A DNA stretch of 64,000 nucleotides from Balanoglossus misakiensis (GCA_040954595.2 CM082597.2:8587778-8651777); one strand, 5' to 3'. Shown: positions 25,779-38,110, counted from the stretch's first letter. The notes: generated by a model from the letters alone, not told the origin. Translations and numbers: made by a program.

Positions 25779-26299
25779 CTGAAATACAACACAAATCAAA
25801 GTTACTTGCATGAAGCCAGAAGATACAAATTATACTTTTGAAGCAGTTTCGTTTCCCTGTTTCTTTCAAGACTTTTGATTTAACAAGCCTTTGTAACAAG
25901 ATTTTGTAGACTATGCAGTCGTTTTAAAGGTATACAGTCACCTCCAATTTACATAGGCCCATACAATCATTTCATTCAATGCTTCAAGATAACAAAAAAT
26001 ACAAAATATTGACATCATGAACATTCATAACAATCCAGTGGTCACTGTGTTTGTTGGTGCAACCTCGGCTACTTGTACTTCATTTAAAATAACATATGAC
26101 ACAGTAATAGGGTGCACTATGCACACAACAGGCACAACTGTACTGTGCAGAGAGTCTAAGATGTTTGATGTAAATGACACATCAGCTGGTAACCATGATT
26201 AATCGTTGATCAAAAGTTCCTCACTGATTTGCTAGAAGGACAGAAACTTTGCAAAGGACTTATCAAATCTGCTGGGAAGTTGACATCACAAGTCGCCAA

Positions 26300-27043
26300 T
26301 AATCTTTACGGCCCTGATACGGGTTTTGCGGCCCGAGGTCGTACGGCGGAAGCGCCCGACCGCAGGGAGGGCGCGAATCGCCGTACGACCGAGGGCCGCA
26401 AAACCCGTATCAGGGCCGTAAAGGTTTTATCATATGCCTTATTGAACGATAAACTACAAGAAATTAATAAAAATACACATTCTGTAATATTTTGGAATGT
26501 AAATATTACGTTTTTATCTATCGTTTTGAAGTGATCAATCCCGTAGCATAGAGCCGTATTCCTCCAGTTCTTGCGGATTGATATGCACGATGTCATTTGT
26601 TTACATTCTATTGCACGTGAGATATAGACGCGCTCGAACTCACACAGCCGAGCGCGAGCAAAACATTATTTTTTCTTCGCGACGATCGACGCCGACAGTC
26701 ACACATTAATCAAATCAAATCATCAATTTTACTATTCATATTTCCAAATAAAGCTCTACAACATGCAGCGGTTATGGAAGAGGATGTGATTCGGTAGCGG
26801 CATAGGACGTACACACACTGCAAGTGCACTAGTCACTGACACCGCACCAGAAAGATTAAATTCCGAACGTAGCAACGACAACTTTCGAATCTCGCGCAAT
26901 AAACACAAAACTAGATCCGGATAGTGAACGCGTCTTCCAAATATGGTCACCGGGCCGGGGCGTGATAAGCAAAAAAACTGCACGGATGTGAGGGCGCTTT
27001 TCCCCATAGACTTTACATTGGCACGTGAATATAGGCATATGAT
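26300..27043. mobile_element. Non-autonomous Crypton-like element
   Basis: Absent from copy A; terminal GC-rich hairpin 26304-26423; internal TTATCATATGCCT inverted to far end; no long TSD. Confidence 0.65.
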
Positions 27044-27064
27044 AACAACAAAAACAAAACTTAC

Positions 27065-27148
27065 CCTCATCACACAAATCACCCGAGTAACCAGCAAAGC
27101 ATTCACATTCTCCACCATTGCAGATACCATTTTCACATAAACACACAC
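27065..27148 (-). CDS. EGF exon, unit 2
   Basis: VCLCENGICNGGECECFAGYSGDLCDE. Confidence 0.88.
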
Positions 27149-27529
27149 CTGAGAAGGACAATAAACACATAAACAAAGTAAAACAAACAACAGAATGCGA
27201 TGATCATAATGATCATGGTGATATACAATCCAGGTGGTGTCATTTTTTTTCTATCGATAACCAAAGGCCTTACCCCTTGAAACTAATTTTTCAAAGATCT
27301 TCATAAATGCTTGCATGTCATGCGGCCATTGTACACTGTATATGATCAGATTCCCCTACATCTAAAAATATACATTTTTAGAGTTTTTGTATAGTTGTTC
27401 TACATCCTTTTAGAGTTACATGTGCCAAGATAATTTGCATAAATCCTCAGGTTCTTTGCATATTCTAACTCTATGAACACATTTCCTGCTACATTGACTT
27501 TCTCACTTTGCATAAAGTGTGATATTTAC

Positions 27530-27625
27530 ATTTGGAGCAGTCATCTCCACTAAAGCCCTCCTGACAGTTGCAGTATCCTTGGAAACATATTCCATCATTC
27601 TTGCAGTCTGGGATGCAAGGAATCT
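27530..27625 (-). CDS. EGF exon, start of unit 2
   Basis: IPCIPDCKNDGICFQGYCNCQEGFSGDDCSK. Confidence 0.88.
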
Positions 27626-28692
27626 CTGTAAAAACAATCAAAACACATTCAAAAGATGTCTGATGAAATCATACTTTATCAGGTAATACTTAATTCGCCA
27701 CATAAAAATATCACAGAATCGGAATATTTGATATTTTGATACACAATATCATTATTCTATAGCACCATTTACTGTAAAAGAACCAGTTAACAAAAATGCA
27801 TCATGGGCAAAATGTTGACTTAACTTATTCTATAGCACCATTTACTGTAAAATAACCAGTTAACAAAATGCATAATGGGCAAAATGTTGACTTAACATTG
27901 TCATTAGCATTAGAGTTTTGAACAGCGATCCATCATGTGTTTCAAGTGACATTTCAATGGTCAAAGCTTTGTTGTTGCAATATGCATACACAACTTATGA
28001 AAGTTTTCACCTTTTTGATGACAAGACCAAAACATTCAAAGTCCCAGTTGCTCTAACTTTTAGCTATTTTTTTCACAGTATTTACAACTTGCATCATAGG
28101 GAGTTTGTTTTGATGCCCTACCCACTGTTTCACACAATACCTGTGTATCTGTGTCATACTGTAAAACACTTTATTTTCGCGAGTCGAAATGTTCGCGATA
28201 TCGAGAGAGGCCACTGTTTCGCGAGTATTAATTTTCGTGTTTCATTTCATTCACTGCATTGTTATCTTCAAAACAATTTACGCGACTTTTTATTTTCACG
28301 CTATTTTGGCTCTCGCGTATTTCGCTTAAATTTATTGCTCGCGAAAATAAAGTGTTTTACAGTAGTTAAGAAGTATACAATGTATGCAAATTTAGCCACA
28401 GTTACCATGGAAAGTTGAGACATGGCCAATCAGAGATTTTGCCTACACACTTTTTATCACTTAAGGGTATATTTCACACCACTTCTATACCTTGCATTGT
28501 TGACGAATTATTGTTTTCAAACTTTATTACAACAATGTGCTCTCCGCCATGAATGTGCACCTTTAACCCTTTCACCACATGGTTTGATCCAAAGCCACTG
28601 TTTCCTATGACAAAGATGGACCTCAATACAGGGATACAGGGGTGAGAGGGTTTAAACATCTGGCAAATATAGTCTAGTAAATATAGGGCTAG

Positions 28693-30118
28693 ACCCACCA
28701 CAAATTGCAACAAAATTTTTTTCTTCAGAATATACTTTGGAGAGGTGTCTAGAACAACATATTAAAAATGCACCTGAATCCACCTTGTGGAAATATGTCT
28801 AATTTGCATAAATTTAATATTAGAGATTTTGGGGCCAAATATCAAGAAATAAACGCTTTTTTCCATGATTTTAAAGTTCAAAAACTATTTCATGTTCATG
28901 ACAAAACATTTTGGAATAATATTTGACATGGGCAGTTTTCATAATTTGCATAAATTCAATATGGCAGACAGTATTCCTAAAAAACATATTTGGGCTATAT
29001 ATTGGATACTTAGTAAGCTATTTTAGTGTTTTTAATTCAAAATTACCTCTATGACATTTGAAACAATGTTAAAAATATCTTGTTTACATTTACACTTTAT
29101 ATTTTGCATAAATCCAATATTGCCGCCAAATGAATATTCAACAGCTTATCATACTCCAGCATATAAAATAAGGTTCTGGCATAGAAAATATGTTGTAGCA
29201 TTAGGATTATATACAAAAGAGAATGAAAAATGCTTCCAGATTCAAGCATATACTGTAAAGTAGGTCCAAGATACAGCTAATGGAGTAAAAAAATAGTAAG
29301 GTAACATCTCAGTTTATTTAACAGGTGTTAGTCGTGTAACCAATTCGCCAGAATACATTTCAGCTGATTTTTAAGACTTAGATATATGATTTTAATATTA
29401 TTTTCGGGGATAAAGTACGACTTACAAGTTAAATAATACTCTACAATCGTCATTTAATTGACATTTTAATACTATAGGAAGTATATTGTTAGACTGATTA
29501 CTATACAGGTTTAAAGAAGTCATGTGATTATAATTATCTGTTGCATTGCTGTTATATTTTCGTTTTACATATTAATGAAAGATAGTTTTATATTTGCTTC
29601 ATTACTCATTCCTAGTGCTACAACATATATTCTATGCTAGAACCTTATTATATATGTCGGAGTATGATAAACTGTCAAACATTCATTTGGCGGCCATATT
29701 GGATTTATGCAAAATATAAAATGCAAATGTAAACAATTTTTTTCAAAATTGTTCCAAATGTCATAGAGGTAGTTTTGAATAAAAAAACCACTAGAATTGC
29801 TTGCGTATTACCCGATATACTGCCCAAATATGTTTTTTAGGAATACTGTTCACCATATTGAATTTATGCAAATTATGAAAACTGCCCATGTCAAATATTA
29901 TTCCAAAATGGTTCTTCATGCACATGAAATATTTTTAAACTTTAAAAACATGGAAAAATCATGTTTATTTCTTGATATTTGGCCCAAAAATTATTAAATT
30001 TATGCAAATTAGACATATTTCCACAAGGTGGATTCGGGTGCATTTTTGATATGTTGTTCTAGACACCTCTCCGAAATATATTCTGAAAAAAAAAATTATG
30101 TTGCAATTTGTGGTGGGT
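28693..30118. mobile_element. Foldback/palindromic MITE, longer copy
   Basis: Same termini as 10676-11484, ~500-bp arms plus AT-rich spacer. Confidence 0.8.
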
Positions 30119-30182
30119 TAGGTGCCCAAATCTCGTAGATTTACTAGACTAATAGGTGATCGTAAAATTGATTTGTACTCAC

Positions 30183-30359
30183 CACAGGACGATTTCTCCA
30201 GTCCAGCACAATCCCCTTCCTCCTGGCTTCATAGGCATAGGCAAACAATACATCACATAGACACTTTTCATGCACAGGACATGCACACATATCAGACAAA
30301 CACAATTCATAGAATGGAGCTGGGTTTACTACACCATGGGCTGGCCGTAATAATGGTCC
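30183..30359 (-). CDS. C8 module exon, unit 1
   Basis: PAHGVVNPAPFYELCLSDMCACPVHEKCLCDVLFAYAYEARRKGIVLDWR. Confidence 0.85.
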
Positions 30360-30982
30360 CTGTGTAAAACCAAACAAAAATAACAACGGATCATTTACAA
30401 TGAGAAACTGTTTAAAGGTATACGGTCACCATTGGAAAATTAGCAATAGTTACCATGGCAAATTGAGAATTAGCCAATCACACATTTTCAGTGGGTGGCA
30501 CACGCGAAAAAAAGAGCGCCACCATACGTTCTCAAATATGCCATTTCGCGATATTGAGAGCGGCCACTGTTTAGCGAGTATTAATTTTCGCGTTCTCTTA
30601 TTTCATTCACTGCATTGTTATCTTAAAAAAAAATGCAACTTCATTTTCATGCTATTTTAGCTCTCGTGTATTTCGCGAAAATTAATTGCTCACAAATATA
30701 AAGTGTTTTACAGTAGTATTACTAATACATATACACTGTTTTTACTCTAAAATGCTCAAAGTAGAAAAATAGGCATGAGAAAAAGAGAGACAGCAAGACA
30801 GATGTTTGAAGTCTCTTAATTTTCCAGAATTGTCCTGTTTCCTGCAGTGACTTTCCAAGGAATTTCAGAGTTTGGATTGAAAATTGATAATACTATTACT
30901 AATGTTTCAGGAGTTAACACTGTACGAACCCTGATGCATATATTGAAGACAGACTCTCACATTGTACAACCAAATGACTTAC

Positions 30983-31128
30983 ATGAAATCATCACCAGGA
31001 TTATCATTGAAGTTGCCACACTGACCACAGAGTCTCCCTTTGTATGTACCATCTGCGGTGACCTCTCCAAAATGGGAGCCATCCCACGACACGCATACCA
31101 ATACTTGTATGCACAACCACCATCAACC
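30983..31128 (-). pseudogene. VWD second exon, unit 1 only, frameshifted
   Basis: LMVVVHTSIGMR / SWDGSHFGEVTADGTYKGRLCGQCGNFNDNPGDDF in shifted frames. Confidence 0.85.
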
Positions 31129-31531
31129 CTGTCATGTTACGATGTAAAACAAGTATGTTGATATAAATCAGGTTATATGTCCATTAAAGCCCTTATAGCT
31201 GCCAAATTTCACATATTTTTTCGACACTAAAATACTTCAAATATGTTCCCTGAGCATAGCTGGTGTAAGAAATAACACCTCTCCGCAACCCACTGTCTAT
31301 GGGGCCGAGCCTCAGCGCCTATACATAAACTTTGTCTGTGTGGACCCAAGCGACTGAAAGGATTAATGCTCTGTGTTTACCATAGGCAAATAGTGTCTCA
31401 ATTTTTTCCCTGTCTGAACCTGGTATATGTCAGCCCTTTGAATGTGGTTACATGTTTTAAGTTGGCTAAACAATGCAGACATGTCTAGGTATAAAAAGGG
31501 TTAAGTTCGACCTAAAATTTGATTGACTTAC

Positions 31532-31829
31532 CTATTTGTTGTATACTTAGATCTGGTTCCTGCAAGTAAGGTAATTCTACCAGGCCTCCATTGACACTTA
31601 CTGTCAAATCTGGCATTAGGTTGATCACCCAATCAACTAGTCTGATCTGAATGACTTGTGTCCAGGCAACAGCATAGGTACTCTTGCCATCATTCTGAAC
31701 TATAATCTTAAAGTTATTCTGATAACAATCTTGTGATAAGACATAAGGTACATGTCCCTTGGAAGGAGAAGAATTTCCCATCATATGTCCGGTAATGAGG
31801 ATCTCCAAATACAATACACGAGGCAGATT
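31532..31829 (-). pseudogene. VWD N-terminal exon (GDPH), unit 1, +1 frameshift
   Basis: [24 protein letters not shown]; 298 nt vs 297 nt in unit 2 (extra base near 31745). Confidence 0.85.
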
Positions 31830-32521
31830 CTGTAAAAAGACGGAATGCAGAAAGACTTAAAGGGATACGCCCATATATGGCTGAAATGGCGTATTTGAGC
31901 GTTCTATAGAACACATGGTGGCACTCTTTTTTACGCGTGTGACACCCACTGAAAATCTGTGATTGGTAGCTAGTCCTCAATTTGCCATGGTAACTATTGC
32001 TGATTTTCCATAGGTGACTGTATACCTTTGAGAGTGTCTACCGAAGAATGTTGATATGATCGCAGCATTGTAACAACAGACGTCAAATGTTACCAAAAAT
32101 TTGTAAACAAATGATATTCAAAGAATGCTTATTATGTACATAACACATTCTGGACAGTTTTGAGGTCCCAGAATCACATTCTGTGTCTCTATTTGACTAC
32201 TCTTTCTGATTGCTCACATTTGATGGTTTGAAGGACTTCCAAAGGCAATCTGGCTGGCGTTGTTTCACATAACAATTTCTTATATCTCTTGAATTTTGTA
32301 AACAAGTCCAAATCCTTAGACTGTTGCTCCCCTTTGAAATCTAGTTTTATCGACTTTGGTAACATTTCCTGGGTTTATGACACATTTTGATCACATTATG
32401 TCTAAATATGGTATAGTATGCACCTACACATAAGTGACACACGTCAGCCTCCACTATGTTTTTGTGTAAACTTGGCTGTCAGTTTTTAATAACCTCATAA
32501 TATATTGATATTTAGACTCAC

Positions 32522-32573
32522 TTGGAACACATTTCTGGCAGCATTCACCATCAATGTGGCCGATCTCTTCTTC
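32522..32573 (-). CDS. VWC end exon, unit 1
   Basis: EEEIGHIDGECCQKCVP; cag/gtgagt. Confidence 0.8.
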
Positions 32574-33277
32574 CTGGAAACATAAACAACAAATGAATTA
32601 TTACCACAGTAAATACAAATTGTATATCCACTGAGAAGACACACAATAAAACATCTATAGCACAGTGTCTTCAAATTTATAATATAGAGAAACCTGTCTA
32701 TTAAAGACACCTTCAGGAACAGAAAGACTGTCCTTATTGCAGAGGTGTCCTTAATGACAGATTTCACTGTAATTGTATAGAAAAAATTTGAAATGGGTAA
32801 AATGTAAGTGAATGGAACATCCCTCTTCCATAATACTGAACTTTATAAACGAATGTGCCGCTATTTAGAATTAACATATAACAAATTTATCATTTCTGTT
32901 CAGAACAGTGATTGTGAATTGATCAATTTCTGATGGACACTTGAATGAAGTACATTTATTTCAGATGCTAAACAATTGAGAAAGTTGTTTGGTTTGTTTG
33001 GTTTGATTACTACAAAAGGGCTGTCTTGAAAATCCAAATAATGAGAACTAATACAAAAGGGCTTTCTTGAAAAAAAACAAATGATGAGAATTCTTTAATA
33101 TGTTTTATGGAGTTGACCAAGAAACCTCAGTTGATACCCAAAACAAAAATATTCAGAAAACAGCACAAAGTTAGAGTTACTTGTCCTTTAAAACTATTGC
33201 TCTCAGGCCCATAAAGTAAAACAAAGCAAAACTGTAGTCTGACCATACACTATTGAATTCATGACTGATCAACTTAC

Positions 33278-33376
33278 CGCTGAGCAAGTCAAAGGTTGAC
33301 AGACTTCTTGAACGCAGCTCTCTTTACCATTGAAGCAATCACATATGTCGCACCCCAAATGCCAAGTTTCACCAGA
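33278..33376 (-). CDS. VWC exon, unit 1
   Basis: SGETWHLGCDICDCFNGKESCVQEVCQPLTCSA. Confidence 0.85.
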
Positions 33377-34015
33377 CTGAAAAGTGAAAGTTCAAATTTT
33401 GCTGGAAACCCGGTATGCAGATCGTGTGTGTATAATTGGTCTGTCATAATTAACCCTAATGCTACTGGGTGTCATACCTGTTCAGAGTCTCAAGTCCCTT
33501 AATTAAAATACGTATTTGCCATTTTATCTTCTATAATGTATTTTGACTGTCTTGACATGGCTCTCATACGTACCTAGATACACTTGGCAGTCTGAACCTC
33601 CCAGAAAATGAACCAAATTGCACTGGTTTGTACTGTATTGGTCTGAGGGTCTTGGATAGGCCCTACTGATTAACACGCACTTGGCAGTCTAACAGGCCTG
33701 GGAGCCAGGCTTCTAGGCACCTTTCAACTGACTTGGCAGCGTTATTGTTAATTTACATTTCATTATACATTTGCTGTGCTACACTTATGACCATTCTCTT
33801 TACCTCTCTCGTATTTCCACTTGGTTTTTTGCAGATTACTTGCATGATAATGTGTACCAAACAAATAAAAAGAGGTGTATGCCACTTGGTGCAAAGACTG
33901 GCATAAATTGCTGATGAGCTAACACCAATGGCGCAGCTCGTCTTGCATTGTGAAGTCTCAGCAGAATCCATTTTTGCAGAAAATTTATCATATATCTTAA
34001 AAATTAAATTGTTAC

Positions 34016-34153
34016 CTGATATCTCCTGCCTTTGTACATACAATAAGATTCCACAGTACATTTTGGACAGCAACTGCCATCTGTTAAAATCTGGTTTTCT
34101 AGATCACAGTTGATTTGTTCACAATTGGGTCTTTCACAGGTTACCTCTCCATC
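34016..34153 (-). CDS. VWC exon, cassette unit 1 (copy of 14931-15068)
   Basis: DGEVTCERPNCEQINC...SCCPKCTVESYCMYKGRRYQ. Confidence 0.85.
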
Positions 34154-34827
34154 CTTAACAGAAATTCAGAAAACATTGTATGACATAAAACAGGTCGACG
34201 GAGATGATGAAATGTTTTCAATATTCTGTACAGTGAATATACAGGAAAAATAGCAACATTATTCAACAAGTTATACAAGTTATGTGAAAATGTTGCATCA
34301 AACTTTGATAGGGAAAATGTGCCATTCAAAGTGTTTGCTTGCAGGTACTGAACCAATTTCAGAATTTTCGATAAATTTCTTTTAAATCTTAGGTTTTCTT
34401 CAACAGACATAAGTGTTTCCATCAACTTGATGTTTTCAAAAAGAGAAAGTATTATTTTTGAAATGTGGAATTACTGTAAAACATGTTATTTTCATGAGCA
34501 ATAAATTTTTCGCGAAATACGCGAGAACCAAAATAGCATGAAAATAAAAAGTCGCATAATTTTTTTTGAAGATAATGATGCAGTGAATGAAATAAGAGAA
34601 CGCGAAAATTAATACTAGCAAAACAGTGGCCTCTCTCGATATCGCGAAAATTTCAACTCGCAAAAATAAAGTGTTTTACAGTAGTTTGGAACACGGTTAT
34701 AATAATAAACTCATAACAAAAGTTGTTACAAATCACAATGACTCGAAATGAGAGAATATCTGGTCAGTATTGACATCACAGCCAATCATGTACAAGGACT
34801 TTCAGAACTAACGTTATCTATACTTAC

Positions 34828-34970
34828 ATGTGAATCTTGAAAATTGGCCATACCAGCAACCATACTTGTATAGAATGTTCCAAATGAACAGGTACCATCA
34901 GTTGGTGTCTCACTGTACTTCTCACAAGTTGCGTTTACAAAAGTCTCAAAGGTTCCACAATCTCTACTGA
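34828..34970 (-). CDS. Exon of unassigned domain
   Basis: tttttgcag/gtaagt, open: SRDCGTFETFVNATCEKYSETPTDGTCSFGTFYTSMVAGMANFQDSH; phase 1-0. Confidence 0.55.
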
Positions 34971-35482
34971 CTGCAAAAACAATAACACAAGCAAGATATT
35001 CTTTGCTGCAAGAAGAGTTAATTAACATCCTAAAATGGGTTTGTGTTGTACATTTTCTAATCTGGTGAAACGTGTTTGTGTGTAAGCTTTTATCATTTAT
35101 TTACATATATGGGACCTTGTACAGTGGTGATATCATCTACAATTGAGCAATTGATGATGTACAGCAGAGAAATTTCCTGATTTGCGCTACTTTCTGATAA
35201 GGAAACACATATTTACTGGCCATGTTCGGATAACAGCATACGTTTGTGTGCCCTCGGGACTGCAAATTACCCCCAAAACAATCTGTTTCCATCGGCCTTC
35301 AGCCTCTACAAACAGACTGTTCTGGGTTGACTCACAGTCCATATTGCCACTGTAAAAATTACATATGCCGATATACGGTATTGAGTATTTGCCATTTCTC
35401 TGCCACAAAATATATTCCTTTCTTAAATTGTGGCAATAAAAGGACAAATACTGATATGAATATGAATTATACGAGTACACAG

Positions 35483-36056
35483 TATAATTAAGCAATAATT
35501 AAGCAATAACCCCCGCCGCGAGATTTGGGTACAATTCTAGACATATAGCACGAGCCGTTAGGCGAGTGCTATATGGAGCGAATTGTACCCAAATCGAGTG
35601 TATACCCGACTGAGGCGGGGGTTATTGCTATTATATTATATATCAACAATTGATTTTGAGGCCTATCAGTGGCATTTTCTTAACGAAACGGCGTCAGAAA
35701 GAGAAATCACGACCGTGAACCAATATGGCGAGGATGAATGTAAACACGAGCGGCCGGGATCGAGCATTAAACATGAAGCAGACGACAAAAAATGATCAGA
35801 CGGGCGTCGCGCATGGCAAAGTGACAAATATTCCTACACAGCAATTCCAAAATAAAACGTCCGTAAATTCAACGGTGTTTTCATTTTTTTTTATTTGGTT
35901 GAAATACACACGACTGTGGTTCAACCGCACGTTTTTACTACCGCATGCTAGTTCAGGGGCCCGTTTTAGCACTGCCAGCAGTGCTATATGACTATTTAAG
36001 CATCGCTGGATTGAGCTCTCGTCCAATCAGAATGGCGGAGGGTAGCATGATATAAT
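35483..36056. mobile_element. Non-autonomous CryptonA-like element
   Basis: TAATTAAGCAATAA terminus, nested hairpin 35503-35628, CCAATCAGAA near other end, TATAAT direct repeat at both ends. Confidence 0.6.
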
Positions 36057-36064
36057 ATAATTAC

Positions 36065-36223
36065 CTGTTGATACATTATGAGAAGGTGTCACTGGTTTTG
36101 TTGTTGATATTTTAGTTGAAAGTGGTGCACTAGTAGTTTCAGATGTTGTAAATTGTTCATCTGAATCTGTCATTGTTTTTCTTTCAGTCACAGTGACTGC
36201 CTGCGTTGATGGCGCCTCATAAC
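36065..36223 (-). CDS. Ser/Thr-rich mucin-like linker exon
   Basis: open phase 1-1 exon YEAPSTQAVTVT...TTSETTSAPLSTKISTTKPVTPSHNVST; tag/gtaa. Confidence 0.7.
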
Positions 36224-36724
36224 CTACATATGGAAATCAAGTCATTTTGCATTAAAGGGACAAAGTCTCTCTCTCTCACTGCCCTTTTTTCCATTAATTA
36301 TGTTTGATGCAAGACACTTTTTATGTTATTCTACATGTGGATATATAGTGAATCAATGTGCGACCACACACAACTTTCATCCCCTTTGTAGGATATAAGT
36401 CTAGAGTAAAAATCTCGCCCAAATGAATAAATGGTAAACACCGATTATTCATTTTGGCGAGTTTTTCACTCTCGTGTCTACAAGCAGGATGGAAGTTGTG
36501 TGTGGTTGAAGGTTAATTTCCCGTTTTACAGTAATCAATGAAAAATAAAATTACAAAAATCATGAAATTTGTGACAGCCATAGATTTGCATGGCATGAAC
36601 TGTATGTCCTATCAGCATGTAGTTTAGGTGACATTTATGATAAATAGTCAAATTACTGGAGTGATCGATTACGGTACCTCATAAGCAGACAACCACATGA
36701 AGACCAATCTTGATGTGAACTTAC

Positions 36725-36907
36725 CAATGCATGATGGTATTGCACTATTCCACTGTAAATCGGATTGACAAGTCAGGTAATCAGCACCATTTAATTCATA
36801 GCCAGCATTACAATAGAATGTGATGTTACTGCCCATATAATATGGTCCACTATCAGGGACAGCTTGTAGATGTGGGTCTGTTATGAGTATATCACTGCAG
36901 TTCAATC
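36725..36907 (-). CDS. Sushi/CCP4 exon
   Basis: LNCSDIL...FYCNAGYELNGADYLTCQSDLQWNSAIPSCI. Confidence 0.9.
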
Positions 36908-37218
36908 CTGCAAGTAAACAAAAATAAAACACTATGTGGATGCAGACTTGATTGTGGTATATGTATTGGGTATCTGTATTCTGTCACAACTTTAACATTT
37001 TCACCCCAAGTTCCCACTATAAAAGTCCAGATACCATTGACTCCTATTTTTCTATTATCGACTAAATTCATGACTCTGCATTTCAAAAACAAGCGTGGTG
37101 ACCCCTATATTTTATCACAAATTTTCATTATACATACATAGGATAATCCAAAAATTAACAATTAAAAGAAATTACCATATTTTCAATGTTACAGAATGTA
37201 CATCCTTAAATGACTTAC

Positions 37219-37401
37219 GTTGACAGTATCCTGGATCTCCAATCCATGATCCATCTTCACCACATGTAGAGACAGTGTAGCCAGTCAGACTGTAGCCAGA
37301 TGGACATGAGTAGGCAACGGTTGTTCCAAAAATCAATGAATCACCATTAACAATTTCATATGATAAGTAGTTGTCTACATTCGGTGGTGGACACTCACGA
37401 G
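37219..37401 (-). CDS. Sushi/CCP3 exon
   Basis: RECPPPNVDN...YSCPSGYSLTG..STCGEDGSWIGDPGYCQ. Confidence 0.9.
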
Positions 37402-37703
37402 CTGTTTGGATAAGATGAACAGATAACATTACAAGTGTGTTAATACTAGGAAAATGGTTTAAAGGGACATAACATGTAGCAGTAACCCTCACAATCCTGC
37501 ATATTTTCAAGTTACCAGTGTCTGGTTTAACATTCAGAGTGTAATGTCCCAATTAGACACCCATGTGGAATGTAGCAACCAGCACAAAGTGCCCCATCAT
37601 AACGCTATGGAGAGAATTTCAACTTGAGTCAGTGATTTTTATGAAAACATGACAGTGAACACCCTGTGTTATACTTTGTTTTCAAAACGACTCATCACAC
37701 ACT

Positions 37704-38011
37704 TTAAAGCCTCTAGAGCTGCCAAATTTCACAATTTTTTTCTTTTCCACAGTAAAACCTTTCAAATCTATGGTGATGCATACCACGATAGCTAGCTGCA
37801 TACTGTTTGTATGGAGGCTGATTTTAATAAAATGGGTACGGCACCTGTTTAATACATTGCATGTTTAAATTGCAACATACAGCCACAATCAGGCATTGAT
37901 GACATGTTCCTGTATCCCTATCAGTAACCTTAATTATTTCAATGTACCAATCTACGTCTGAAAATAAAATCTGAAAATAAATGCAAAAAGTGGCAGCTCT
38001 AGAGGCTTTAA
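37704..38011. mobile_element. TTAA-flanked MITE (AGCCTCTAGAGCTGCCA TIR)
   Basis: ttaaagcctctagagctgcca ... tggcagctctagaggctttaa; partial copies near 3264 and 31184. Confidence 0.7.
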
Positions 38012-38110
38012 AGCATTGAAAGGTTCAGAGGACTAAAATTTTTCTGAAAATCCGTCTCCTAAGTGTGCACTACATTGGCAGTTTAACTGTTTTCAAAAAT
38101 CTCAACTTAC

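Larger units (their letters stand above)
23735..34711. repeat. Segmental duplication copy B
   Basis: Direct repeat of 4915-15636 with copy-specific indels. Confidence 0.95.

Noticed and set aside
30790-30930. PWKV-containing frame as the missing VWD linker exon
   Set aside because: It lacks the expected cysteines and a donor; the similarity is too weak.
35217-35349. Candidate exon GNMDCESTQ..IRTWP
   Set aside because: The open frame is phase 2-0, incompatible with phase-1 neighbours, and no domain is recognisable; kept only as a lead in the findings.
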